A program made the translations under genes and the position numbers. This document shows positions 22,824 to 35,249 of a DNA stretch of 56,282 bases, piece after piece (within the stretch, counting starts at the first letter, position 1; every line of letters begins with the position of its first letter). Below the pieces are notes generated by a model. That model ran no database searches and had not been told where the DNA came from. It saw nothing but the letters and a program-made list of their open reading frames with translations. The DNA is from Seison nebaliae (Eukaryota): positions 1 to 56,282 of the forward strand of contig JALJEE010000381.1 of the NCBI GenBank assembly GCA_023231475.1. The letters are read 5' to 3'.

Positions 22824-25095
22824 TCAAATTTTATTCTTTGTCAAAATTAATAAATGTCTGTTCACTTCATTCAACTATTGTTGGAGAGGAAGAGAAGAAA
22901 GAAGATATGGATATTGAAGATTGGAGAAGGAGAATATTAACCAGACGATCCAAATTTGACAGGAAATTATTTAATTCATAAACATTCTCTTCATATTTGA
23001 AGTGGAGAAGAAGTTCACCATAATTGTCGATATCTTTCAATCGACTTCTCAATTTCGATGTGGACCATTGAATGGACGAATCATTCATCTCAGTGAGTTT
23101 GCAGAAGATTCTCAATTTTGTATGAATTTCAAAATCGATCCCGCTTACAAGTAATCTTTGTGCGGATTCATCTGAAATAAATAAGAAATTGAGACGAATT
23201 GAGAGAAAGAAAGAAAATTAACGACAAATTTTGATTTGATTCATCAAATGAGAAAGTTGACGTTCCGTTTCGTCATTGTGAGATGATCCTGGCAATGATT
23301 TTCCTTTTTAGTTTGTAAAGTAAATCTCTAAATCAGATAGAAGCGAAGTGGGGGAACTTTTATTGAAATTGGTAAAAAAGTTAGAAACAGAATTGAGAAT
23401 ATTTGGGGAAGCAGCACCTATTTTACGGTTAGTGGAGTGGTACATATTGTTAGTATCAATGAGAATGCTGTCCTTTTCATTATTATTCTCGTCTGTCAGT
23501 CATTAGAGATGTTGGAGAATTCAATGAAAAAGATATGTGAGAAAGAGAATGAGGAGAAGTAGCAAAATAAAAATACTTTTTCTTCCTATCGGAATATTTC
23601 GATAATTATTCACATTCGTTGGACTATAATTATTCTTGTTGTTGTTGTTGTTGTTGTTGTTGTTGGTGATAATGAAATCGGAATTCTTATTCTTGATTGG
23701 AATATTCTTCTTCGTTTCAGTTTTAGTAGATGCGTTATTGAATTCTTTCAATTTCTCTGCTCTTGTTGTATATTCATTAATTTTTTTTGTTAAAATAATT
23801 TTCCTGGAATTGGATTCGCATTTCTTTAACGATGGAATCATATATTCCAATCCATTGATATAATATTTGAAGGCGTGTGAATAATTACCCATCGTATCAT
23901 GTTCGATCGCTTTCCGAATTAATGCGATACCTTTCTCATAACTCTCCTCCGTTGCTACGGATGGTAATTCGATGAAAGGATGAATGAAAAACTTCTGGAA
24001 AGATATCCGTTTCTTCACATCCTTCACCAACAGATTCTCCAATAAATTACGACAATCTCTTGATAATATAATTGATTTTGGTATCTGAAATTAAAATATA
24101 AAATTAAATTATTTATAAATATAAATAAAATCTCCAAACTTCAACTCTCCATTGAGTTTTGTCTGTTATTTCCAGTACCAGTTCGTCGATATGTCGTGAG
24201 TTGAATGGCGGTCGTCCAAATAGACATTCTGACAAATGTTGTCAACGATGACGAATGAGAAGAAGAAGGAAACCATACATAATGATACCAATCGCCCACA
24301 AATCCACTTGACAACTGTATGGTTGACCCTCCAGGATTTCTGGTGCCATATATAATGGACTGCCTTTGATTTCAGTTTCCGTTGGTTTCCTTTGGAGGAA
24401 TCGACCAAAACCGAAATCTATTAATTCTCAACGATTCAATGAGATGAAAGGAGAAGAAGAAAACCTGCAATCTTTAAAGTTGGCGGTTGTGTCTTCGAAA
24501 CGATTAAAATGTTTTGTGGTTTGAGATCATAATGACCGATGGCATGTTCGAACATATAACCAGTGGCCGAAGCTAATTTAAATAAATATGAATGAAAAGA
24601 AAAGAGAGAAGAAACATACCAATTTGTTTCATAAAATTCTGTGTCAATTTTTCAGTTAAACGGAAATTTTTAGCGATGAAACAAGCCAAATCACCACCGG
24701 AACAATATTCGAGAAGGAGATATATATGTTTCTTATTCCACTTTTTATAAAGAAAAGAAAAATCATATTTATTGTTCGTTGGAAGGTTTATATGTGGATG
24801 GTAACGAAGAAATTGATCAAATTCACGACGTTGTCATGTTTAATAGTTTTTAAGATTTCAATTTCATTAACGATCATATCTTTGGAGGAGGATGATAATC
24901 CTTCTCGATTAAGTCGTTTCATCGCATACGGAATATCATATTCATTCTGCAACGGACAATGAGAGAGCGAGGGGAATTTTGAGAAGAAACTTTATAAATA
25001 CATTTCGTGACAATTCCATAAGTGCCGGAACCGAGAGTTCGTTGCAATTGGAAGTCATCAATTGTCAATGAATTGATCGATTGGAGATCGGACAT
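22824..25095 (-). CDS. ULK3: ULK3-like Ser/Thr kinase with MIT domain, about 11 exons
   Basis: Spliced product: LGSGTYG, YAMK, LEYCSGGDL, HYDLKPQN, IADFGFG, GSPLYMAPE, DLWAIG, ECLFGRPPF, then MIT domain KGIALIRKAIEHDTMGNYSHAFKYYINGLEY...INEYTTRAEKLK. The 3' exons are less certain. Confidence 0.88.
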
Positions 25096-25433
25096 ATTCT
25101 CTCCTCATATGTGTCTCACCAACTCGATAACGGGGATGATGATGATGATGATAAATGAGAGAAATGATATACGTCTTTCAAATTAAATAAAGAATGGAAA
25201 TCATTAGAATTTTTCAATAAATAAATAAAAATGGAGAAATTATTAATCGTTGAACAGAAATCGAAAAAAAGAAAAATCACAAATGTGACGATGTGACAGA
25301 GTGAGGGAGGGGGGGTATGAGAGGAGAAGAGAAAGAAGAAGAAATTAAATTAAAAATTCTTAATTATCTCAAATTTGAATTTTAATCAGGAATTCCCATC
25401 AAAACTATATTGATGGTTGGTGATAAATCTAGA

Positions 25434-28400
25434 TTATTGTTGAGAGGATTGTAGAGAGCGTTGATCCGTATCAGAATAAACAGTGGACGTACTCTGACTG
25501 GATGGATTGTTATTATGATGATGATGATGATGACCATGTTTGTTGATTCGTTGAAAAATTAAAGTTAATTGTTTGATAACATCATTTGTTTCTTTTGGTC
25601 CGAATGAATATTTCTTTGTTAGATGTTCCAATACATTGGAATAGTCTGCTTCAGTGAATTCGTTACTATTATAATCGATCGAATCGAGTATTTCATGTGG
25701 TGTCCAATGGAATAATTCAAAATATCGATATGCTTTCATCAATTGAGCTTTCGTCACTAAAGCGGTGGATGTTGTCTGATCTTGATGAGAGACGAGTGCT
25801 TGTTCGATGGCGAAGATATTCCTCTGGATTTGAGAGATGTAATGATCACTAATCTGAATGTCTTTCGAGACGCCATGTACGAGAATGTGATAAACGAGAT
25901 ATCCAATACCGTCCCAAATACATTCGAGTCTTTTACGACTAACAGATGATCGAAATAAATCATAAATTTCATGTAATTTCCTTGTTAACAACAAAACAGA
26001 ATCGACTTCTTTCTTTGTTTGATTAGTCGTATTGGCGTTATTGAGAATGGGATTGGTGGAAGTGGAAGATGAATTCGTACCAGTTAATGGAGCAGTGGCA
26101 TTTTGGAGAATTGCATTCCCAAACAAATTAATCGTTGATTGTTCTTGATCAGTGAGTTGGAAAAGATGTTCGTCTGTAATCTTTTTATTGCGAAGAAGTG
26201 GTTGGAGATATCGGAGACAAATGAATCGAATCTCCAAATATAACGGTAACAATAATTGATTCATACTTGTACTCGTACAATTCTGACATGTCACTAATAA
26301 CATTTTGATATATTGAGATAATTCATCAATCTCTTTATCAGTGAAAAGATTCTTCTCATTCTTCACAATCGTTTTCATTCGATTCGTATTATCGAGCGAT
26401 TTAATCAAATTCTCTAATGGTGCCAAATGTGTTTTTTGAAGAAGTTCTTGTAACCAATGCAATGTCGAATGGAGATGGAGAAGACGTGATAACGATTTCT
26501 TATTCCAAATCAATTCCGTTTTACCAATTTGACATTTTTGTTGAATGAAATTCTGATGGAGAGAATTGACCAATTTGAAATGAATCTTCTCAGCATCACT
26601 AATGACGGATGTGGGCTGATAAATGGTAGTAGTGGTAATTCCTCCAATACTATTATTGGAAGTTGATGTTGTAGAATTGGAAGAAGATGAAGCTAATTGA
26701 CATCGTAATACAATTTGCCAATTGGGTAAATTTGTATAAAATATTTTTAAATCATTATCAAACGTATGTCCTACAAATGAGAAAGAATGATGGAGAGAGA
26801 AATTTTAGAGAATATATGAGATAAATAATAATAAACTTGAACTAAATGCTTCATTGTGGAGTGTTCCGAGAATGATCTTAATATTTTGATCGACCCATGA
26901 ACGAAATGTGATAATTAAATTAATCGCTTTCTCTGATAGAATGATGGAATGAGTGGGAATCTTCTCCATCACTTTTCCTAATTCCCAAATGGCTTTTCCA
27001 ATTTTAACAGAGAATGAAAGGACAGAAGGTGGAAGAAGATCCAAATTCGTTCGCTCGTCAATCGACCAAGCAGGCAACGCACAAATAGTATCATAAATAT
27101 CGATATGTTTATTGAAATAAGCGAATTTCGTTATTTCAATTTGCTCTTCCGTCAATTTCATGTTTTGTCCTTTCTCTTGTAATTCCATCAATTGTTCCTT
27201 CAAATTCTCTGTAATGTTCGACGCCTCTTCCAACAAACATTTCGCCTCGTTAACAATATTATTGACCCAAATATCCGAAATGAAAATATTTAATTTCTTC
27301 TTCAATTCCTCTCCAATTTGAGTGGAGGTTAAACGTAAAACTGTCGGCAATAACGTTATCAAATGTTCCGATGCACCATTAAAGAGAATTGGTGGTAATT
27401 CATAAATTGGATCATTAATTTTAAAATTTCTTTCATTTCCATTAAAACCACTTTCATCATCATCATGCTGTTGTTGTTGTTGTTGTTGTTTATCGTTAAA
27501 ATGTTCATAAATGTTTTGTTGATCAAATTTCTCACGGATGGAAGTAAGAAATTGACCGATGTGAAATGAGACACCAATATCAGTTAATCGATATCGTTTT
27601 CCATAAAGTCGATAGAAAGAATTCTTTTTCTCTTCTGTTAAACCAGGAACGCCAAATCTATTAATGATACGTTGTGCACGATTGGTTTGAGTGAAGAGTG
27701 CATTCAAGAAATCAGGTGGCAAATTAAAATTATTCTTTATCTTCAATTGATGTCGTTGTTGTTGTTGATGACGATCGGAAGATTTCATTGAATTATTTTT
27801 TTTTGAAATTGTCAACGATTTTGGTAGAATGAAATTGTTTAATTGAAGTGAATAAAGTGAAAGATTATCATGTTGGATATCGTTCGGTAATAAATCGTTA
27901 TTGAATGAAGAATGATGAAATTTCATATCGATGAGATGACGACAGATATAAATCATCAAAGTGGAATTCATTTGACGATCGATTTCCATCAATTCATTTG
28001 GATCATTTTTCACACTCAACAAAATCTTTTTCGTAATTTCGATATTTCTCTTCGTCAATTGACAATATTGTGTGGTCATATCGATGAAGAGTGCTAATAA
28101 TTGGCCATTAATACAACGTCCATTACCGAAGATGTTACTCACAGCTAATCGGAAAAGAAGCATCGCTTCACTCATCTTTTCGTTGAGATGTTCTCGAACG
28201 ATAATCTCGTAGAAATGTTGACAATATTTCTCATCTTTCTTATTCATTTCATTCAAAATGATAATCGATGCACATAATTCTTCAATCTCTTTCGATACAT
28301 TGTCACTGTCAGCCACTCGTGAACTCTTCAAATTAATTTGTTCAGTCGTTATCGTCGAGAATTTGGAGAGAGTCAACAATTCTGTTTGATCGTTGATGGA

Positions 28401-29435
28401 TCGATGGAAATATCGTTTGGAAATATTCTCTTCATGTATTCGTCGTTGATGACGGAGACTGGCCAAAATCTCATATTGCAACTCACCAACATCACGTTCC
28501 ATTCGACGTCCCACCATTATATCTGGTGGTTGATATAATCGATTATGTTGATATGCCATTTGATCTGAAGTAATTCGTTGAATCCAAAAATTCGAATTGA
28601 GACTTCGATTCTCATCATCCAATAATAAATCATTCTCTCCCGATTTATTCTTATTATTCTGATTCTCCTGATTCTGTAAATATTGTTGTGATTGTGGCTG
28701 TTGTTGTTGTTTGTCGTCCATATCATTAATATTCTTACCTGATTGTCTCAACAGTTGAGATGGAAGAAGAAGATGAAGTGGATGACTGAAAATACAATAA
28801 TTTAATCGATTCTTCATCGATGATTCTAATTCATCTTTTGATGATTTCAATTTCTTCCTCAAATCATCTAATCCCGTTAAATTAGATGGTATTCGAACTT
28901 GTTCATTATTCGTTATACCACTCCCATTACCATTAGATGATAATGCTTCGAATAATTGTTTATTTAATTGTTGAAGATGAAGATTGGATTCCTCATATAA
29001 TTTCGATGCTAACAACCACTCATTCTGAATGGTGAGAGTGTGCACTAAATAAATAGATTTCCTCAAATTATCCGTCTTCTCTAGAAAAGAATAAATCAAT
29101 TTATTTTGGAGCGATTCCATCCAAAGTGTTCGAATCTCATCGAATTTGATCGTCAATAAATTCTTCGACGACGACAACGAATCTCGCACACTCTTTAAAA
29201 TGCGTCGCGATTCCGTCACTCGATCACATATTATCCCAATAATATTCAATACCTGATGTAATTCATCACGATGATTTCTTATCAACTTCTCAACATGAGT
29301 GTCCGCATTCTGATATTGGAATTCTACCGTTTGCTTCTGTTTCTCCCTTTGACGAACATCATCTGGATTATAAGATAAAGTTTGAATAATTTTTATGAGA
29401 ACTTGAGTTGTATTTTCATTTTCCAACAGACTCAT
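25434..29435 (-). CDS. EXOC4: Exocyst complex component 4 (Sec8), 2 exons
   Basis: N-terminus VLIKIIQTLS...REKQKQTVE...SRRILKSVRDSLSSSKNLL...EIRTLWMES matches the Sec8 N-terminus; also LPNW, LYLEIRFICLRYL, QRNIFAIEQAL. One intron at about 26771-26836. Confidence 0.88.
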
Positions 29436-30061
29436 CTTTCCTCTCTTATTCTTCACACAATCGTATCAGCAAATGACAATCGACACAACTTGTTATTCTG
29501 ATTTCTCTTTTTCTCATCTTCCATCTAGCTTCCTTTTCAAATTCATTTTATTTTTTTTCTCTTTTTTCATTCTCTCCACACTCTTCCCAATGACCTTCTC
29601 ATCAAATCTTCTCAAACTCAACATGAATCACTAACTACACGATTAAATTCATCTACAAATCTCATCTGCATTCCCAATATAAACATCATTCTTCTACTCT
29701 AACTTACAAACTCAAATGAACAACTTTCTCATAATACATTTATTTTACATGATTTGATTCATTAAAAAAAAAAATTAAAAAATCATGAGATCTTATGTGA
29801 AATTTGAAATTTAATTAAAATGTCAGAGAAATCGATATCGTTAGAAAATTCCTTGTTTTCATTCAGAAGGAAATTCAAAAATAAAAAGTTAAATTAGAAA
29901 ACCGTTGACAAACTGAGAAATTGAATGAGAGATCTCGAATCTAATTCCAAGATCCAAACACCCGACAATTTTACACCATATTCTCCATTTCTATTGTCGT
30001 CAATAATTAATTATAGTATACTGAAAAGGAAATGAATTTGATTCTATTTCTAGAAATTTGA

Positions 30062-33000
30062 TTAATACTTCTTCAATTTTGTCCGTTTTGAAGGAATTGG
30101 AATGAATCCATGATTTTTCATATAATATGGTGGTGGCATCAACGAGTGTTCTAAAATTCCTAAATTTCTCTTAAGTCGTTTAGCTTCCTCCCATTCATGC
30201 AGATTATCATTCAGCATACTATTATATGATGATTTTAAAGTCGGTAGAATTTCGACGAGTTTCTTCTGAAATTCATAGAGACTTCCTTCGTCCGAATATG
30301 CGATGTTATTCAGCAAATAATCATCGTCATATGCTGGATTTGTAGTCAAAGGGAAAGGTGTTGTCGATGATGGATTATGAGAGTCGAGTGTATAAACATG
30401 TGTGGCATCGGTATGTGGTGGTGGTTCCGTTTTTAACATCGTTATATTATTTTTACCACCAAATTTAAATTTCGTTAATCGTGATCTTTTCTTGTTTCTG
30501 GCTAATAATTTATTTTTAAAAGCCGGTCGGAGGTTTGCTGCTGGTGCTTTGGGTGCTCCATATGGTGATGGAGGAAATGGTTGAAATGGTACGAATGTTC
30601 GAGCGGCAAATGGTGGTTGACGACTATAATACGATTGAGTAGGTTGCATCTGTAATTGGAGAGGTGGAGGTGGAGGGGCAATTGGTGCTGCGACTGGTGG
30701 CATCGCTTGCACATTATACTCACTCTGAGGAGCTGCTTGACCTTGTTGCGGTAGAATAAGAGTAAGACCGATATTATATGGCATTTGAACACCAGGTGGA
30801 TTGACATTGGGTACCGAAGTCGGTTCTGGTGGTGGTGCTGCCGATGGAGCGTCACATGTCGGTTCATTGGAACTTCCTTCAGCTTGTTCACATTCACATC
30901 CATTTTCTTCGGAATTGGGACCAGCATGAATTCCACTATTCTTCCCAGAACCGGCACCTTTCGAACAATATTTCATACATTTCTTGTCATATTTATTCTT
31001 CGTCTTACATTGACCACATTGCTTACACTGTTTAACACGTGCTGCCCTCACTTTTGTTGATTTCTTCACTTTCTTCTCATTCTCCACATCTAACGCTTTT
31101 TCCATTGATCGATAATAATTATCGGTGATGATCTCATATGGATTTCGAGTAAGAAATCTTTTTTTATTCACTAATTGTCCCCACGATATGATACCTTTAG
31201 GATTCATATCAGAATTCTGTAATTTCTTCTTTCCCAATTCTTCTCCTTCTACTTCTTTCTCCAATTTCTTTTCTTTTGTTTTTTTCTCTAACTTTTTTTC
31301 TTTTACCTTTTTCTCCAATTTCTTTTCTTTTACTTTTTTCTCCAACTTTTTTTCTTTTCTCCCGTGCTCCAACATCTTCTCCTTTAATTCATGTTCCAAC
31401 TTCTTTTCTTTTCCTTCTTCCTCCAACTTTTTTATATCAAGCTCAAATTTCTTCGCATTTTGTTGACCATCGGCGAAAATTTTCTTCTTCTTATGTGATT
31501 TATGTTTCCTCGGCAGTTTCGGTATTTGATGTTTCACTCTTTTCGACATTTCATTCTTAAACTGGATCTTTCCCGATGATTTCTCCAATTCGTCATTTTG
31601 AATCATTTCCATAATCTGATGGAAACTATTAAATTGATCAGTCGTCTGACGTTTCCGTCGATTAATCTTTCTGAAATGGTATGTTGGAAGATGGATCTCA
31701 TGCTCCTTACTATTCAACGATAAGATATCTTTGTATGTCAATGGAGTATCACTCATGGCACTTCTCTTATAGATTGTGGTGCTACCTTCTAATAATCGAT
31801 TCACTATATTATCCAGAAAGTTCTCACCCAAATGTTTTCTCAATCGTGATTTTTGATCATTCTGCTGATCGTCATTCTCCTTTTCTTCAACTTTGAAAAT
31901 ATCAGATTTGATGAAACTTCTCACATCATTCTTCTCATTCTCATCAGTTCCGATTGGACGGTAGATGTCTGATTGGACTTTGGAGAATCGTTCATTCGCA
32001 CTCTGCATTTGAAATTCTTTCGACGGTTCTTCTTTCAATATCGGTTCTCGCTTTTCAATTGGTGAGAGATATTGTGACATCTGATTATACCGATTTCTTT
32101 GATCGTCATACGATCTCAAGAAAAAATCTCTTTTTTGTCTCTTCTCTCCAATTCCTTCCGTTTCGTCGTTATCGTTCCACAAGTTCGGATAATCATGTTT
32201 GGAGGACATGTCGTTGAATACACTTTCGGAATCGCCCGCACTTTCTGCATCCGACAATCCTTGACTGATATCACTCGCCAGTAATTGTGATGGTGAATCT
32301 TCTTCGTTATACGCTAAAGACATTAAAATAAAAAGAATTAATTAGAGATGCAATTAAAAATAATTTAAACAATTATAGACATTATTATATTCCATGTTTC
32401 GTCGTGATCTCTCATGTTCTTCCAATTCCGTTAATGAAATCCAATTGACTTTTTTAAGGATTTCTTCATTTCGTCTCCGTTCTAGAACATTCCCTAAATG
32501 TTTTTCATTCTTTCTTCCCAATTGTTGTTTTGTTCGAAAATTATTTTTAGAATTTTTCATCAATTCTTTTTTTCTTTTATGAGGGTGTTGTTGTTGATTT
32601 TGAATATCTCTCTTCAATAATCTTCGTCGATTTCCGTTGCCGAATAAGCCAACTTGTTCCCATAGACGATTTGGTGGAAAGTTTTGTCCACCCAATTGAT
32701 TCTTGATACGTTGTTGAATTTGTGCCTCTTCTCGAGCTTTGAGACGTTGTTGAAATAATTCTGCTCGTCTTCTTATCTCTTGTTCTTTCCTCGATTGTAA
32801 TTCGTGCAATCGAATTTCTTCTTGTTCTCGTCGTTGTTCTAATTGTCGTTGAAAGAGTTCTTGTGCTTCTCGTCGTTGTGAATCTAACATCATTTTATTT
32901 CCTAATAATTGTTGTTCACGTAGATTAAAGGCATCTTGTACTTCGTCTCGTTCTGCTTTCTTTTCTTGTTCTTCCAGAATTTTAGCTAATTCTTCTTCTT

Positions 33001-33511
33001 GACTTAACTTTTGGTTTGGGTCGGCGATAATTCGATTTTCAGAAGAGAGACCTTTTTCACGATCACGTTCCATCTGTTGTTGAATGGCGAGATCGCGCTC
33101 TAATTCTTCAGCATCTTCCTCTTCAGTCGAAATGTTTTGATGGGAATAATCGCGAACCAAGCCCGACATCTCGTCCGCCTCTATCGTATCCATGATCTTT
33201 TTACTCAATTCACCCGGTCCCTGATGAGTAGTTCGATGAGGTGTTGGATATATTTTCTTCTTGTCCATTTGTTCTTTGACACTGTCCAATTTTGGTCGGA
33301 TGGGATTTGTATTATTCTTCATATTATTTGCTAGAATTTCGTCACTGGGGAAAGCATTAGGTTCGATTTGAATAAAGGAATATTGAAATTGGAGGAAATA
33401 ATTTAAAATATCTCGATTGATGAGGGAATATTTAACATCCGGTGGTTTGCTTTTTACGAGAAGGAAATAGAATAAAATATGAATTGAGTATAAAATTCTT
33501 ATTTTGAGCAT
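30062..33511 (-). CDS. Large (~1130 aa) secreted low-complexity precursor of unknown family, 2 exons
   Basis: Signal peptide MLKIRILYSIHILFYFLLVKS. A phase-1 GT-AG intron at 32314-32370 joins ORFs 32354..33511 and 30062..32323 in frame. Several multibasic sites. Confidence 0.7.
31250..31411 (-). repeat. Coding minisatellite, 6 x 27 nt (KEKKLEKKV-like)
   Basis: KEKKLEHEL KEKMLEHGR KEKKLEKKV KEKKLEKKV KEKKLEKKT KEKKLEKEV. Confidence 0.9.
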
Positions 33512-33520
33512 AGCGCAAAA

Positions 33521-35041
33521 ATGGATTCAGGTTGGTCAGGTGATGCAGCCGGTTACCCGTTGTCGATGTCGGATGGCATTGAAAACTATTTTTTTTATTC
33601 TAATGGAGACAGTTCCTTTTTTTAATTCACTCAACTTAACAAATTTAATTTTATTTCCAATTCTTCTCTTCACTCTTTTCCATTGTTCAATTGGCAACTT
33701 TCGGTTGTTTAACGAAATAAAATTAATTCCGTTAAGATTCATGGTTATGGTTTCTCTTCCTTTTAGCTTGGCTTCTACTCGCACTCCTTCTCCTTCTTCT
33801 CCATTTCCTAACTAAACAGTTTTTTTTATTATTATTCCTTTTAAAATTAGAAGTTTTATTGTTTAGGAAAGGAGTCGAATGTCCAGATGAAGAAGAGTTC
33901 AAATAATTCTTTAAATTAAAATTTCTTTAAAATACTCTCGTTAAAGACAGAAGAAAGAAGAGAAAGTGAAAGAAGAAGAAGAAATAGAAAAGAGTGAAGA
34001 CGAATGTGTTGCGGAGAGATATGATGACGTGGAAGTTAATTACGATGACTCACAAATCGATCTGGTTTTACCTCCTGGAATCATCGGTCGTATCTGGTTC
34101 GCTATCGAATATATGAATGAAGGATTTCTCCGAATCACATTAATCAAAGCGAGACATCTAGTTGCCCCAGATAATGCACTTATACATTCCTTAGCCAGGT
34201 CTCTCTTCACATTAGAATAAATTTAAACTTAAAAATTTTATTCGTAGAGTCCAAATTTTACCTGAACATGATTTCAAGCAAACTTTAGTGCACAAAGGAG
34301 CTAATCCAAATTATCATGAAATGTTATCATTCGATGTACCAGCAGCGGAATTATGTCGACGATTTGTAAAGATTCAAGTGATGAATGCCATTAATCCTCA
34401 AGTGCCTTATCCCATTGGCAGTTGTTATTATGCGTTGGATGATTTTTATTCGGCTCATTCAGTCGCTTATGGAAAAGTGGTGTGGAAAGATTTAAGACCA
34501 GATCATACGGTTCCCATTTGATCTTTTCATTCTACTCATCATCTTTCGATAGAATTCAATGATTTTATTGAAACTCGGGGTTCGTTATGATCATAAAGAT
34601 AAAATTTTATTGTTACTCGTCAGTCAAATTCAAGCGCTTTATACTCGTCAAACTGCAAGTCCATTCTCTTTATTCAATTCGATGTAAATCTTGTTATCGT
34701 TAGGAGTATATGTTCAAGCCACATTGATTTGGTTGGGACAACCGGTTGTAATGAAGCAAGGTGGTTATGTGACATTGAATAAAGGACCGGAAAATGACGT
34801 GAAGACGGCGGTACAACCATATCAAACGAAATTTTCTTTCATTTTACCGGAACGTGAAGAAGGGAAAGGTGTAAAATTGGAAGAATATTCTTTGTTCATC
34901 GAAATGAAGAGTGATTTAAAGGAAACGGAATTTGTGGAACAGTCCGATCCCACTTTAGCCACCATCATTTTGGGAATTAAAGGAGAAACGGATTTGATCG
35001 ATTTGATTGATAAACCGAGCGATTGGTTCCAAGCACAATAA
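33521..35041 (+). CDS. Synaptotagmin-like protein (N-terminal TM plus tandem C2 domains), 7 exons
   Basis: Exons 33521-33611, 33737-33818 (TM WLWFLFLLAWLLLALLLLLL) and 33867-33896 are phase-compatible. C2A: GRIWFAIEY..LRITLIKARHL...NPNYHEMLSFDV...VWKDL, followed by a degenerate second C2. No canonical Ca-binding Asp set seen. The first exon is inferred. Confidence 0.72.
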
Positions 35042-35249
35042 TTTTAATCAATAAACAAAATTTAATAAGCAAACTTTTAATAAAATTTCATTTAAAAAAA
35101 TTTCTTTTATTATTATTCATTTAATATTATTCCAATTTTGGGTAAATTTTTATGCAAAATTAAATTATTTTATTTTATTCTCATTTATCTGTGTATGGGA
35201 GAAAAGAAGAAAATTTCTTATTGTTTCATTAAAACAATTATTGAGAAGA

